Shown: piece after piece, positions 26,560 to 39,147 of the stretch
Layout of the letters: the number at the start of each line of letters is the position of its first letter
Position numbering within the stretch: position 1 is the first letter of the stretch
Assembly (NCBI GenBank): GCA_028534125.1
Contig: CM052817.1
Coordinates: 61,506,001 to 61,570,000 of the forward strand
Length of the DNA: 64,000 nucleotides
Direction of reading: 5' to 3'
Source of the DNA: Lama glama
Taxonomy: Eukaryota
Position numbers and translations under genes: made by a program
The notes under the pieces: generated by a model
Database searches by the model: none
What the model was told of the DNA's origin: nothing
Seen by the model: the letters and a program-made list of their open reading frames with translations, nothing else

Positions 26560-26955
26560 TCCGGCAGCACACTCGCCTGCACAAAAAAGCCAGACTACTG
26601 ACACCTGGTTATGGTGAAGGACAATGCAGTGTTTCTTATAAGGCACCAGACGAGGAGTCCAGAATACCTAGTGCTCAAAAAGCCCTGATTCCCTTATGGG
26701 TTTCAGCAAAGCATTTTCAAAGGCAAAGTGAAGGAGGGGCGTCCCAAGGTCTGTGATAAGCTTGTGCACAGTTCTCTGATTGGTTGATGGCAAGGTAACA
26801 AGGTAGTGTCACAGGGGTTAACGTTATCATTCCTTAGGCTCCAGGAGGCCTGGATGATCACAGTCATCAGGTAGTTAACATCTTCCATCTGGTGAGGGTT
26901 TTTGCATCTGTAAAACAACTCAAGAATGTGCATCAGATTCTATTATCTAGGGCCC
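26560..26955 (-). mobile_element. ERV1-type LTR fragment, antisense
   Basis: TTTTCAAAGGCAAAGTGAAGGAGGGG...TCTCTGATTGGTTGATGG...GTTAACATCTTCCATCTGGTGAGGGTTTTTGCATCTGTAAAACAACTCAAG resembles laurasiatherian ERV1 LTRs. Family not assigned. Confidence 0.55.
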
Positions 26956-27156
26956 GGAGAGATGTTAAGTTGCTAAATACCATTTACCAAGGGTAACCTG
27001 AAATATACTACACATATCTCAAGCAAAATATTATGCCATCTGCAAATTTTTTAGTTACTAGTAACTTTATCTTCATCATCTCATTGAATTCCAATTTTGT
27101 TGCTGTTTTCCAGAAACTGTCATATTTAAATTATGTCTCCTCCCACTCCAATACAG

Positions 27157-27272
27157 ATTATTATGCCCTCTTTGGTACTATATGCCGTGGATGTGAATTT
27201 CCCATAGAAGCTGGCGACATGTTCCTGGAAGCTCTGGGCTATACCTGGCATGACACTTGCTTTGTATGCTCA
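27157..27272 (+). CDS. PDLIM5: PDLIM5 coding exon (LIM3, first part)
   Basis: Acceptor ...CCACTCCAATACAG, donor TCA|GTAAGT at 27273. Encodes (D)[38 protein letters not shown]; 116 nt. Confidence 0.98.
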
Positions 27273-28690
27273 GTAAGTAAACTCTTATTTCCAAATTAAA
27301 GGAGCATAGTATGGCCAGTTCTAGCCTAGGCACTAAATGGAAATAACAGTTTTTATATCTTTCAGTACTTCAAACTTAAAAGTATTTTTACACTGATTTT
27401 GAAAGTTGTTTATTAAAAGTTTTGGTACTTTTTGAAATTATTTGGCACACAGTAAGATGCTTACCCCTTTAGAGAAAAATCATATTTTATACAGTTTCGT
27501 CTATAAGGAGAAGCTATGTATTTCTTAAAACAGTAAGTCTTCTCCTTTTTTTTTTTATACTCTCTTACTGGTGTGTTTTTAGTAATTTTGAGGAGCATAG
27601 ATACTTCTTAAAATAGAAGTAAACAATTATAAAAATCTTATATTAACTTATCACTGGAGTACACTATATTTGATCTGTTTCCTTATCAATAGTCTATGAA
27701 TACTGTTTTGAGACTATAATGAACATACAGTAATATAGTTAATTTGAAATGAAAGTAAATATCTTTCATTTGATATTTTAATATTTTTGGTTTTATTTTA
27801 ATGATGAGGATAGATTCAGAGATTAACATTAACCTAAGATGTGTAGTATTTAAATTTAGAAGTAAATATCTAATAAAGGTATTGTCAGTTGTTTGATTTT
27901 TTTTAATTAGATTTAATATCTTCAGTGGTTTACAGTACCCATGTATATGAAGGGGGAAAAGTCTTGTTAATGGAAGTCAAATGATTTCCCCAGACATTAC
28001 CATTGAACCCTGTCTTGTTTACCTCCTTGATCTTTTAGACTTCATAAAATCTATAAAAAGCAACAACTTGTAGCAGATCTGCCTCCTCCTCTGGTAGATC
28101 TGCTCAGGAGCATTAAAATTAACAAAGACAGTGGGAAAGACAAGAAGACCTAAATGTGCATATTAACTGAGGATATGTTCATCCAGCAGCCAGATGTTGA
28201 CTAGGGTTTTCACTGTAAGCAACAAAGAAATGAATTAAAAAGAATTCTCAGGTGTTCTATGCCTGTGTGTTTGGGGGCTTAGGAATATGTGGCAAAGCAA
28301 TTGTGTTGGGGTTTTGGGTTTGCTTTTCTGAATGCTTTGGTTCTCTACAATAGGAGGCGGATTTAAAACATTGATTAGAATTTGAGAAGAGAAATTAATG
28401 TTACTTCTTTCTGTGTTATTTTTTTCACTAGGGCCAAATATTCATTCCCAGCAAAGGAAAATAATGATCAGTGAATTTTAAATAAATTAGAATGCATTCC
28501 AGGAAAAAGTCATTCTTCATTGCTTTTGAAAGATTACATGAAACATAATGGTAATCGTGAAATGTTAGAGGTCAGACACAACCAGTTAAAATGCTTTGTC
28601 ATATTATTCATCGGGTGAAAAATCATTTTCCCCTTCTTGGGTACACTTTATAAAATACTGAAATTCTCTTAAATAATGCTTCTTTTTCAG

Positions 28691-28780
28691 GTATGTTGTG
28701 AAAGTTTGGAAGGTCAAACCTTTTTCTCCAAGAAGGACAAGCCACTTTGCAAGAAACATGCTCATTCTGTGAATTTTTGA
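28691..28780 (+). CDS. PDLIM5: PDLIM5 terminal coding exon (end of LIM3 and stop)
   Basis: Acceptor CTTCTTTTTCAG. Encodes [29 protein letters not shown] then TGA at 28778-28780, the recognisable PDLIM5 C-terminus. Confidence 0.98.
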   Translation, partial: VCCESLEGQTFFSKKDKPLCKKHAHSVNF

Positions 28781-31700
28781 AAGCCATCAATTCAGGAGAA
28801 GAGAAGAAAATCTGAAGAGAAAGAAGAGATTTAAATTACCGATTAATTTTTAGATTTAATATTTATATGGAGTTTTGAAAAATAATTAGTGCCCCTGAAG
28901 GGATAAATTCCAAGCTTTGAAAACCAAGTCTGTGAGGAAATATTTGGCTTCATAAAGAGACAGTTTGGCATTTATTATTACTTTTTTCCTGTATTTTCTC
29001 CCCATAAAATAACTTTTATAAAATCCAATTTCCTGGTTGACTAGTAAATTCATCTTAGAATAAATTAGTGAAGAATTAAATTTTAGAATAAAAACCTTCA
29101 ACCTCTATGCTGAAATAATTAATTATGCCTTCTTTCCTTGTTAGGTAGTTATGAGTAAATCTATAAAAGGCAATGAAAATGCCTTACACTTAATCAACAA
29201 GTGAAACTTTTTTTTAATAGTGTTTATCTTTAAAACAGTAAATAGGAGTTTAAACAGAGGATTTTATCAGTGGTGGTGTCATTTTTTAAAAAACTATACA
29301 TTTTTTTGTCTTTACAGTTGATCATTCCAGTAGGAAAAGCCAATGAGATTTTGATCAAAATGTGTTATGCCAATAAGAGATGTTATATTTTTCTCCGATT
29401 GCCCCACTCCAAAAAAGCCACCATATAGCTTATAAATTTCAGATGTTTGCCTTTTATTAAAACACGACTTTTTATTCATATGTATGTTTCACCACCTATA
29501 TCAGTCAAACTTTATTTTTTCCCCTTCTTCATGCTGAGGTAAAGAGCAAGTTGAATAACTTTGGACTCTGACAGTTTTCTCTCTCTTTAAAGAGAATAAA
29601 TAGAAAAGAATGTGGTTGGAAATTACGGTAACTGAGAGGATTGGATCAAAATTTTTAAAAAATTTCCCCTTTTCAGACAATGCATCAGTTAGATCTGTTT
29701 CAGAGTTGTACTCCTGACTGATGGAAGTTTGAAAGTTCTCTTTACAGAATAATTTTGTTCTTCAGTTCTACATTAGAAAAATAAAAGATTGGCTTGGGGA
29801 ATGTGATAAAAATTTAGATTTCTTTTTTTCTTTTAGTAGTTCTTTCTCAATAATAAATGAACCACTTCCAGTTGTAATCACGCAGTTTGGAAAATGTTTA
29901 TTCACAGAGGTTTGGTAGTATAGAGGGAGACATGATTAATTACTCAGACTGGCCTGTTATTTGTTTTCTTTATTTTAGGGAAAAGATAAGCAGCTACCAC
30001 ATGAAAACAGAAAAACAATTGTGGTAGAATCATGGATCCTGTTGATATTTGTTGATAGTTTTTTGTTTCCGAAACAAACAGAAGCCCATGATCACGGGAA
30101 GGTATAGTTTAAATTTGTTTGGAGAAGGTGCTCTTACAGTGGAGACTGAGCCCCAAGCTCTGCCTGTCCTAGCCGGCACCTACGACTTCTCTTCCACTGT
30201 GTGTATGTTTGTCAGAGAGGGGGATTTAAGGCTACAATATTTGTTTAACCTCCCTAAGAACTTTTCAAGGTATCTGTCCTTGAAAGCTGCTAATTTATGG
30301 TCTAGCAGATTTATATTATATGCAGATAATAATTAACTGGGGCTAAAAGAATGAGAAAGGTGATACCAAGTAGCAAACTGAATGCTTCACTAATAGCAAC
30401 CCCAGACTACCTCCTCACCCTGCATCTTGTAGGGAGGCAGGAAGTTTTCTGTTATGTTTTTTAAAAGCTGGAACTGAATTGTGCATTATTTCCTATTGCT
30501 GCTGAAACCACCTATAGAAGACATGCTGGCTAATGTGCACTGTCACATATCAATGTCAGTCTTTCGCTTTACACGACATAAAATAAGCTGGTGGTTTTGT
30601 TTTGGTGTGGTAGAGATTTTTTTAAATTTAGTTTTACCTTTCTCAATTATATGTCAAGATAGTATTTGAGAAATCAATGGCATTTGAATGGCATTTGGGT
30701 ATTTCCTTCAAAGAATTTTATTTGACCTGAATTTCTTATAAAGTTATCTTACATTAGGATTTCATTTTTATTACACTTTTATTTCTACATATTATTCATG
30801 GAGCATAATGTTGCATTTCTCTAAATTTTATCCCTGAAAGAATAATGTTGCTTCCTAATTTATCATTTTGTCTTTGTGCTTTGCCCTTCTCTTCTGTGGT
30901 GAAGCCTTCTATCTGTTCCTAAAACAGTGAATCCTGTGAGATAAATATTGATTATAACCCAGAAGAATCTCTGTATTTTACAGTGGGGAATGCTATATTT
31001 AATACACCAGCAGTAATCTTTTAAGAACTGACAGAGCACTTTATTCTTTTGGTGAGCTCCCTGAATATTTATTTTTCTGATTATAAATATTCCATATCAG
31101 TAGCATTTTTTAAAATTATTACCTCTCTTGTAGAGTGTTACTTTAGTCTCTCTAGCTGTATATTTTGGAATGCTGTGCTTAGTGTAGTACAGATGAAAAT
31201 CACAGTACATGATTCCAAAACATCTACTTGGATTTCCCAGTTTCTAAATGTTAATGATGGGTTCAAACGTATAACATTCTCCAAGGACTGAATGTTGCTC
31301 ACTGAAATAGCAGCCAGAAAATAATGCCCCCTGCTTATGCTTGTAGCATGCAGATTTCCTATTGGTTCAGGTTACAGGTTCCATTTAGAGTCTAAACCCT
31401 AATAATTTGGTCACTGTATTAAGACAAATAGAAATGAGTTTAAATCTTCAAAATATTAGTGCAGCATTATTGTTTAAAAATGATCTACAACAAAAAGGAA
31501 TTCTTTGATACCATTTTCAAGGGGTACTGTATTAGTATCACTTTTACAGAAAATAATTCTTCCCCTTTCAAGTGGGAATCTAGGGTTATAGTCACATTTG
31601 TGTGATACGTGGAGTTAAGTCATCCCTGTCGAAAGGAGAGGTGTTACAGACATACAGGAAGGAAAAACACACTGAATGATTTCATACAAATTTAATGTGG

Positions 31701-32520
31701 CTTCAGTTTGTCCCGCTTCATTCCCCATAAGTTTTAAGGTATTGAATTTGGATTCTCAGTATATTGTTTGTCTTATGTATTAATCTCTATCTTCTGTTTC
31801 TTTACATTTTTCAGTTTGTTTATGTCTGTGCTGTTTTTCTTTTTGGATGTGTTTTTTAATTAAAAACCACATGATAAATATAATCAGTATAGCAATACCT
31901 TAGTGTGCACATACTCAATAAATAAATGGCTGCAGTGATGTCGACAAGCTCTCCTGGTTTTTCTTTTTGGACGGCAAGTGGTTTCCATTAAGTCATCATG
32001 GGGAAAAACATGTTCACAAGGTAGGATGAGATGTAATAATTCTCAGGAGAATTCCTCTTTTATGGTATTTGCCAGTCAAAATGTCCCAGAAACAAAATAT
32101 TTGAAAATACTGTCACATTTATTCTGCTTTAATCCATATTTATGCTCTGCATGTAGCATGTACACAATAAATGGTTGTAAGTTAATAGATCGGTACGCTC
32201 TATCGTCTTAAAAATATTTGTTGCTGAAATCATTTATTGGAATAACCTGTCATATCAAGCATTATACTGTATCATATGTCATGTTCAGACAACATCAGTC
32301 ATCATCTACATTCTCACTTTTCTCATTGACCAGTGTGTGTTACTTCATTCTTGACTCACCCTGATCTCATTAGCTAACTTTTCTGTAACTAGGTAGGCTC
32401 ACCTATTCCTTGTTTGTTTATTGGTTTGAGTTCAGATTTTTTTCCCAACTGTATAAAGTTGAGAGGAATGTTACTGTTGCAAGCTGTATACTGGAAATAA
32501 AAGACAAATTCAAGTCTATT
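28781..32520 (+). other. PDLIM5: PDLIM5 3'UTR (end position uncertain)
   Basis: AT/U-rich sequence after the stop codon, with no interspersed repeat that I can recognise, and multiple AATAAA hexamers. The 3' boundary is inferred from poly(A) signals only. Confidence 0.7.
31917..31970 (+). terminator. Candidate distal polyadenylation signal
   Basis: Overlapping AATAAATAAA at 31917-31926, followed about 30 nt later by a GT/T-rich element (CTGGTTTTTCTTTTTGG). Confidence 0.55.
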
Positions 32521-32525
32521 TGCTC
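32485..32525 (+). terminator. Candidate distal polyadenylation signal
   Basis: TGTA (CFIm motif) at 32485-32488 just upstream of AATAAA at 32496-32501. Confidence 0.5.
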
Positions 32526-34683
32526 ACAGTATATTAAACTCCAGAAGCCAAACTTATAAGGGCATCAAGTCTGCATCTGACATTTTAATAGCTGCTGTTT
32601 GGTTTCTATCAATCACGTCATTGCACATTAAAATGCACCGACAAAATAAGAGATCTGTCATTCCTTCGTTAAGAAACAGTAATCCAGTACAAGATTTATA
32701 GGCTTAAGACTCAACAGTGTGTTCACAATAAATCCCCATTCAGTGCTCACACCAGAACAAGCCTCCCTGTCGTCCAATGTTTTCTGGTCAGAATGTCCCC
32801 AATATAAGATTATCAAAGGTTTTCTTACAGAACTACATATAAAATCCTTCTTGCCAGCAAAAGCTTAATTTAGGTTGGCGGTTTCCCTTTTTGAGTCCTC
32901 TCAGACAAGATCTTGGTTATATCAGAAACACATAGGACCTGATGTATTATTAGCAGGCCTGGTGTTAATTAGGGAGAATTACCAGAAAGAGTTTGCTTCG
33001 TGGGAATTTATTACAGAATCACCCTTGACTGATGGCAGAATAGGAGTTGCTGAGAGAGAGCAGCTCCCACTCATAACCACTAATTAATAAGGTGCCAAAA
33101 TTCCGCAGAGGGGGTTTCATCCCAAGTGTGGGAGCCTCACAGGGAAAATGGTTCCTTTGCAGTATTTAAAATTTAAAAGAGGAAAGGGGCTGGGACACAC
33201 GGTTACCCAACAGAAATCTCAGACTGGTACGGTTTTGTGTTGTACTCATGAATGAGGGCATTTAACACGGGAAGCACCCCGTCCAAAAGTTTGTGAGAGA
33301 ATTACTTTCCCGCCAGGTCAAAAGTAGCCCGTAGATTTACCATACTAAGAAGATAGGCATAGTATTTTTAATGTGGCAAGTATCTGATTCATGCAACTGT
33401 TCATTTTATGAAGAAAATGTAGAATAAGCTATTTGTCTGTGGTATTATATTACTGAACTTTTACTCTTTAGCCTGTGATTTAGAAGGTGGCAAGATTGCA
33501 TTGATGATTAATAAGAAAGGTGTGGCTTCCACACCTTCAACACAGAGCTGGGGAAAAGCAAGGTGTGTTTAATGATTGGCACTAATGGCAGAGGTCTGGG
33601 GGAGCCCTATTAAATGATTGCCAAGAAGGAAATTTTCTTGTGTCTGTAACTGTGTTAATCATACGCAATAAAGCTCAGAGCTGTTGCTTAGTGTAAAGAA
33701 GAAAACATTTCCATGTGAGAAAAGCACTGATCACTGACCTTGAGGAGAAAAATAAAACAAGTTAGAATTCACAGAGTATAATTTGTCAGTTTCTCTTTGG
33801 TTCCTGAGGAAAATGACTTCCGTGCCAGTTCCACGAATTGATTGATGTGGTTTCTAATGGATCCATATTTCAAAGGACAAAGTTTTGTTTTAATAATTGG
33901 GTTCCAAGTTAGTTTTTCATCCTCATGTTCTAAATGATCACATTTGCTTTCTAGTTCAAATATACTTAGGTTTGTTTTTATTTTGTTCTTTCCTTTTTTC
34001 TTTTGCTTGTAAAGCACACACAGCTGGTACTCTTCTAAGCACTTAAAAATATCATTGTTTGCCTGTTTTAGGTATTTTAGTAGACTATAGTATGTTTAGA
34101 GTTGTGGAGTATTTTTTTCCTGGTGTATCACCGATACGCCAAACTGTTCCCTCGGTAAGTAGGAAAGTAAATTGAACTCCAGTGACTTCTACCAGTATTA
34201 ATTTCTGTGCAAATAAAAGTCTTTGCTTAGGTGACTTCATATTAATGTCGTCTGACCCTGGAAGCTTTCTCTATCCTGTTTGCTTGAGAATCTGGACAAT
34301 CTCAGGCCCCCCTTGTTGAATGAAAGGCGAGCAGGAGAATCCATGGAGCTTTTCAGGTATGAACTTTGGAATATAAGTTAAAGTAATCCTGACTTTCTCA
34401 GCTGAAACTTATTTATTCTGCTCTGTTAAATTATTATGCAACTGCTTAATAATTTTTCTGGTACTACTTAAATGCTTCAAGTAAAGATGAACTTAATAAG
34501 CCAGATGAGAGGCACTGAAGTGAACCCAGGACTTACGCCTGAAAAGATATAAATCAATGATATGAATATACTATAGCTTTCTTATGCTGGAATCAGGGAG
34601 TTCTAGATGATCTTTAGCAATATATCAACATAATATAGATGTTGAGAGTATAAATTAGAGCTTGGGGAGGAAATGTGTTTTAT

Positions 34684-35305
34684 TACTCAGCCTGGGTCCC
34701 ATCAGGAGACAGATAACCTAACAGTAACCTAACAGGAGAAGTTTAATGTGATGAATTATTTAGCTATGATAGGAAAGTAACTATGAAAATATAAAAAGAG
34801 CTCTAAAGGGTAACATAGGGCTGAGAGAAGGGACCCAAGGAAGGCCAGCCTTACAAGGGGGTCAGACTTTGTTGAAGGAAGTGTGGTTGCAGCCCACACG
34901 ACAGAGTTTTCTGGACCAGAGCTGACCCTCAGTTGCCCAGAGCTAAGAAACAACCCTCTGAATACAGGTAAGCTAAGATTGGTGGGTGGGTGTGTGCAAA
35001 GGGAGCTGGGGTACTGCTATGGGTGCAAGGCCTGAAATACACAATATCCACATGAAGAGGCCTGTGACAAGGTGGTCAGGGATATGAGGTCACAGAGGGA
35101 CTGTGCACTCTAGACGCATAGCTGGGGCAGATCTCCACCAGGTGTCTCCAACCACATGCTCCGTGAGTGGACCATGCTGCTGGTGCAAGAAAAAGCAAAA
35201 TGCAGCACCTGGACCCAGGAGGAGAAACCTTTTACTTCTGCAGTATTCCTTCAGCTTCCTTGGCTGACAGCTGGCGAAGCTTAACACTGTGCTCACGATA
35301 AAGCA
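34684..35305. mobile_element. Ancient LTR (LTR78-like)
   Basis: GGTCCCATCAGGAGACAGATAACC...AACAGGAGAAGTTTAATGTGATGAATTATT and CTGCAGTATTCCTTCAGC...AAGCTTAACACTGTGC resemble recalled LTR78. Confidence 0.55.
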
Positions 35306-36010
35306 CTGATTGCTTTTTCCAAGGTCTACCCTCTAAACATGCAGTATAATCGAACAGTTCTGAATTTAACTGGATATATTCTAAGATATAACAGAAAGGT
35401 TTTTTAAATGAGTTTATTTTATTATACTGTAATGCTTTCCTATAGCTAAAATGAGTAAAACATTCTTAATTGAAACTTTGTGCTATTGAATTGGAATATC
35501 AGTTAATAGAAGTTTTTCTATATAAACCTAAACTCCTATCAAATAGAAAAACTGGATTCTTTCATATTCAGTAATAGAAAGCAAAGAGATTAACAATTTC
35601 CCCTTCATAATAAACCATGAAGGATCAAGTCCAGTGGGTATAATAATAACTTACATATAGTAAAGTCATTGCAATTTGTGTAACATATCATCTCATCTGT
35701 TACACTAAGGTATACTAATACACTATAAGGTTCTAATAATGGAGAAACTGAGTGTCAAGTATTTTTAACCCACAAAATAGAGATGAGAAAATGAAAACTC
35801 AGAGAAATGATTCTCTAACAACATAGTTATTAACTGGAAAATCTGAGACTTAGACTTCTTAAAAGATTAGGGAGAAAAATTATTATTTCTTCCACGTTCC
35901 CTTAGAGTCCCTTTTTTAATAAGGGAGAATTCCCATATATTCAGTTAGTAAAGGGTAGTTTTAGGAATTACTTAATTTTGATAAAACATATAAAACTTAA
36001 AAGCTGTATC

Positions 36011-36892
36011 ATCCAGATGGCCAACAGGCACATGAAAAGATGCCCAATAGCACTAATTATTAGGGAAATGCAAATCAAAACTACAAGTGTCGCCTCACAC
36101 TAGTCAAAATGGTCATCATTAAAAAATTGATAAATGCTAGAGAAGGTATGGATATAAGGGAGCCCTCCTACACTGTTGGTGGGAATATAAACTAGTGCAG
36201 CCACTATGGAAAACAGTATGAAATTTCCTTAAAAAACTAAAAATAGACTTACCATATGATCCAGCAATCCTCCTGGGCATATATCTGGAGAAAACTACAA
36301 TTCAAAAAGATACATACACCCCAGTGTTCACAGCAGCACTATTTACAATAGCCAAGACATGGAAACAGCCTAAATGCCCGTCAACAGATGACTGGAGAAA
36401 GAAGATGTGTGTGTATGCATGTGCGTGTGCGTGTGTAATGGAATACTACTAGGCCATGAAAAAGAATGAAATAATGCCATTTGCAGAAATATGGATGAAC
36501 CTAGAGATTATTAAATGAAGTCATACAGAGAAAGACATATCTTATGACATCACTTATATGTGGAATCTAAAAAAAAAATGATACAAATGAGCTTATTTAC
36601 AAATCAGAAACAGACTCACAGACAGAAAACAAACTATGGTTACCAAAGGGGAAAAGGGGTGAGGGAGAGATAAATTAGGAGTTTGGGATTAACATATACA
36701 CACTACTATATGTAAAATAGATAAATAACAATAATATACTGTATAGCACAGGGAACTATACTCAATTTCTTGTTATAATCTATAATGGAAAAGAATCATA
36801 TATATATATATAACTGAATCCCCTTTGCTCTACACCTGAAATTAATATTGTAAATCAACTACACGTCAATAAAAATAAAATTAAAAAAAAAA
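36011..36892 (+). mobile_element. 5'-truncated L1 (ORF2 C-terminal end, 3'UTR, poly(A))
   Basis: CAGATGGCCAACAGGCACATGAAAAGATG...GCAGCCACTATGGAAAACAGTATG...ACTGTATAGCACAGGGAACT...CAATAAAAATAAAATTAAAAAAAAAA. Confidence 0.92.
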
Positions 36893-38841
36893 CCATATCT
36901 ATCTGACTTGTACAGTTGCCTGCCACACAGATGTCAGTATTTGTGAGGTTTGCAATTGGATCATCTGTTCATCAAGGGAATCTGTGATGTGGTAGCCCCC
37001 TCTGCAATGCACCATTTGCTGTTCTTTCTGTTGGTTCAATTTCAAAGAAGCACAAGATAATGGGAGTAAGTTAAGTTAGTTTGAAGTGGAGATAACACCA
37101 GATGTGATACCAAACAAATGAGAAGTCCATAGGAAATACAATTGCAATTACTTCTGTACTCAGAGGTCAATAATGACCTATTTATAATATGCTGGAAAAC
37201 AGGTTATGGTCATTGACACCCAGTTCACTGTTACCTCTGCAGTGTGATGAAGTTAGTTCCAGGCTGTGAGTAAAGAGTGGAAGATGGAAAAGGTGAGAGC
37301 TTGGTGAGAAACTGCATATACGTCCAATTATGCTGACAAGGTTGCCTAAGATTCTTTTTTTACTCAATTGAAATAAAATCTCTCTGCTATTTGGTAATGG
37401 CAGGCACCACTGCTAAGTCCACTGAAGCATAGCTGGAAAATCCAGCTGCCCTCACATCTGTTTTGCATGACCTTTCAATCATCAGCAAATACTTCTGCCC
37501 CTAGGAATGGAAGTCTGGGTCGGCTATGGCCATGGGACTTTCTAAGCTATTACTATGGAAAACATATTGAAACAAAATTCACGCATGCCATGTACTGTGC
37601 CCAGAAATTAGAGACTTGTCTGGGTAGTGTTAAGGTTTTGACCTATCAAGAGTGCTCACACCTGCTTCTTACATTCAAGTTGTTAATCCGTGGTTCACAA
37701 AATAAGACACATTATGAAATACGTGAATGGACTTCTCTGGCTTAAGTCTTAAGTGTTTAGGCTCTTAAACTAGTTCAAACTGAAGTAACGTTGATGAAAT
37801 TGTGTTTTTTAGACGTCTAACGATTACATTTATTATATGTCAGAAACCTACGTGATTTGACTTTACTCTCAGCTTCTTTGAGAGCCCTGACTTGCTTGAC
37901 TTCCAGGTTGTAATGAAATGTTTTGAAAATTTAAAAAAGAGGGGAAAAATCACTAAAGAATTTCTTGAAAGGATTGTGATAAATTTCACTCTCACATTAA
38001 TAAATTTCCTTCTCACACTAACCAGATGGGGAGCCAATAGACTTAAGTTCCAGAACACAGTTCAGTTTATCTCAAGACTGACTTCAGCTGTTGTCAAAGT
38101 AGAGCAGTTATACTGAACTTAAAAGCTGCTTGTAAATGTCCGAGTCAAGTATTCAAAGAGCTGGGACTTTGTTTAGGAGGAATACAGGCACTGGTATTTG
38201 ATAAGCCTGAGTGTGACTCTTGATCAAAGTATCTCATTCAACCTCATGAAGTTCTCTCCCCAAGAATCAACCTAGTAAATTACAGTTTTCTCCCTCTCAG
38301 TGTTTCCAGGGATGTTTAGATGGGCACCCTGGGAAATTAACTAGCAGACCAACCTCCTTCACTGTTGTTCCCTCTCAGGAAAACTTCTGACCTTGGAAAA
38401 GCTACAGAATTTGGCTGAGTCTGTGGAGTTTTTTTGCTTTTTCGTGTTTGTTTTCACTAATGTGTCCCTTCAGCATCTCGGAGAATAATTCTCCACTGTC
38501 TTGGAGAATTGTTGAGACACAAATGAGATAGTGCATGTAACCCTGCCAGAGCCACAAACAACCTACTCAGCCTTTTCTTCTGGTAAACAATAAGAGATGC
38601 TACTCAAAAAGCAAATTCAAATTGTTGGTCCTCTGTTCAGAAAACGAGCCATATTATGTAATAGGTGAATGGATTGCTATAGTTTAAATCGTGTTTCCCA
38701 AACAATATATTTGACCACGAACTGCTTTATTTAAAAAACATCTATTAATACCTTATTCTACATAATACAATTTGGGAAATACTGGCTCATCTTTTTTCTC
38801 TTTTTAGGGTGTACACTCTAAGTCATGTCTGTCTGCACTTT

Positions 38842-38939
38842 TTTTTTTTTTAATTTTTAATGGAGGTACTGGGGATGAAGCCCAGGACCTCATGTATGCT
38901 AAGCATGCGCTCTACCATTGAGCTATACTCGCCAGCCCC
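38842..38939 (-). mobile_element. tRNA-derived SINE (camelid Vic-1-like), antisense
   Basis: Reverse complement reads GAGTATAGCTCAATGGTAGAGCGCATGCTTAGCATACATGAGGTCCTGGGCTTCATCCCCAGTACCTCC plus an A tail. Target-site duplication GTCTGCACTTT (38831-38841) / GTCTTCACTTT (38940-38950). Confidence 0.88.
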
Positions 38940-38955
38940 GTCTTCACTTTCTAAA

Positions 38956-39133
38956 CAAGGGTGCTCAAACTTTGTTGTGTGTCAGAATCTTCTGGACAGA
39001 ACTAGATTTTTAAGCCTCATCCCTAGAGTTTCGAATTTAGTAGACCTGGAGCAGGTGAAAATCTGCCTTTCTGCTGAGCTCCCAGGTGACGCTGATCCCG
39101 CTGATCCCAAGACCACTCCTCGGGAAGCACCTG
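38956..39133 (+). mobile_element. MER5A-like hAT-Charlie DNA transposon relic
   Basis: CAAGGGTGCTCAAACTTT...TCAGAATC...CCCTAGAGTTTCGAATTTAGTAGACCTGG...CTCCCAGGTGACGCTGAT...GACCAC...GAAGCACCTG follows the recalled MER5A consensus. Confidence 0.7.
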
Positions 39134-39147
39134 ATGTAGATCTAGGC

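Noticed and set aside
30676..30697. 11-bp tandem duplication AATGGCATTTG in the 3'UTR
   Set aside because: Minor slippage event with no evident function.
36237..36246. MEF2 consensus CTAAAAATAG
   Set aside because: Part of the ordinary L1 ORF2 sequence.
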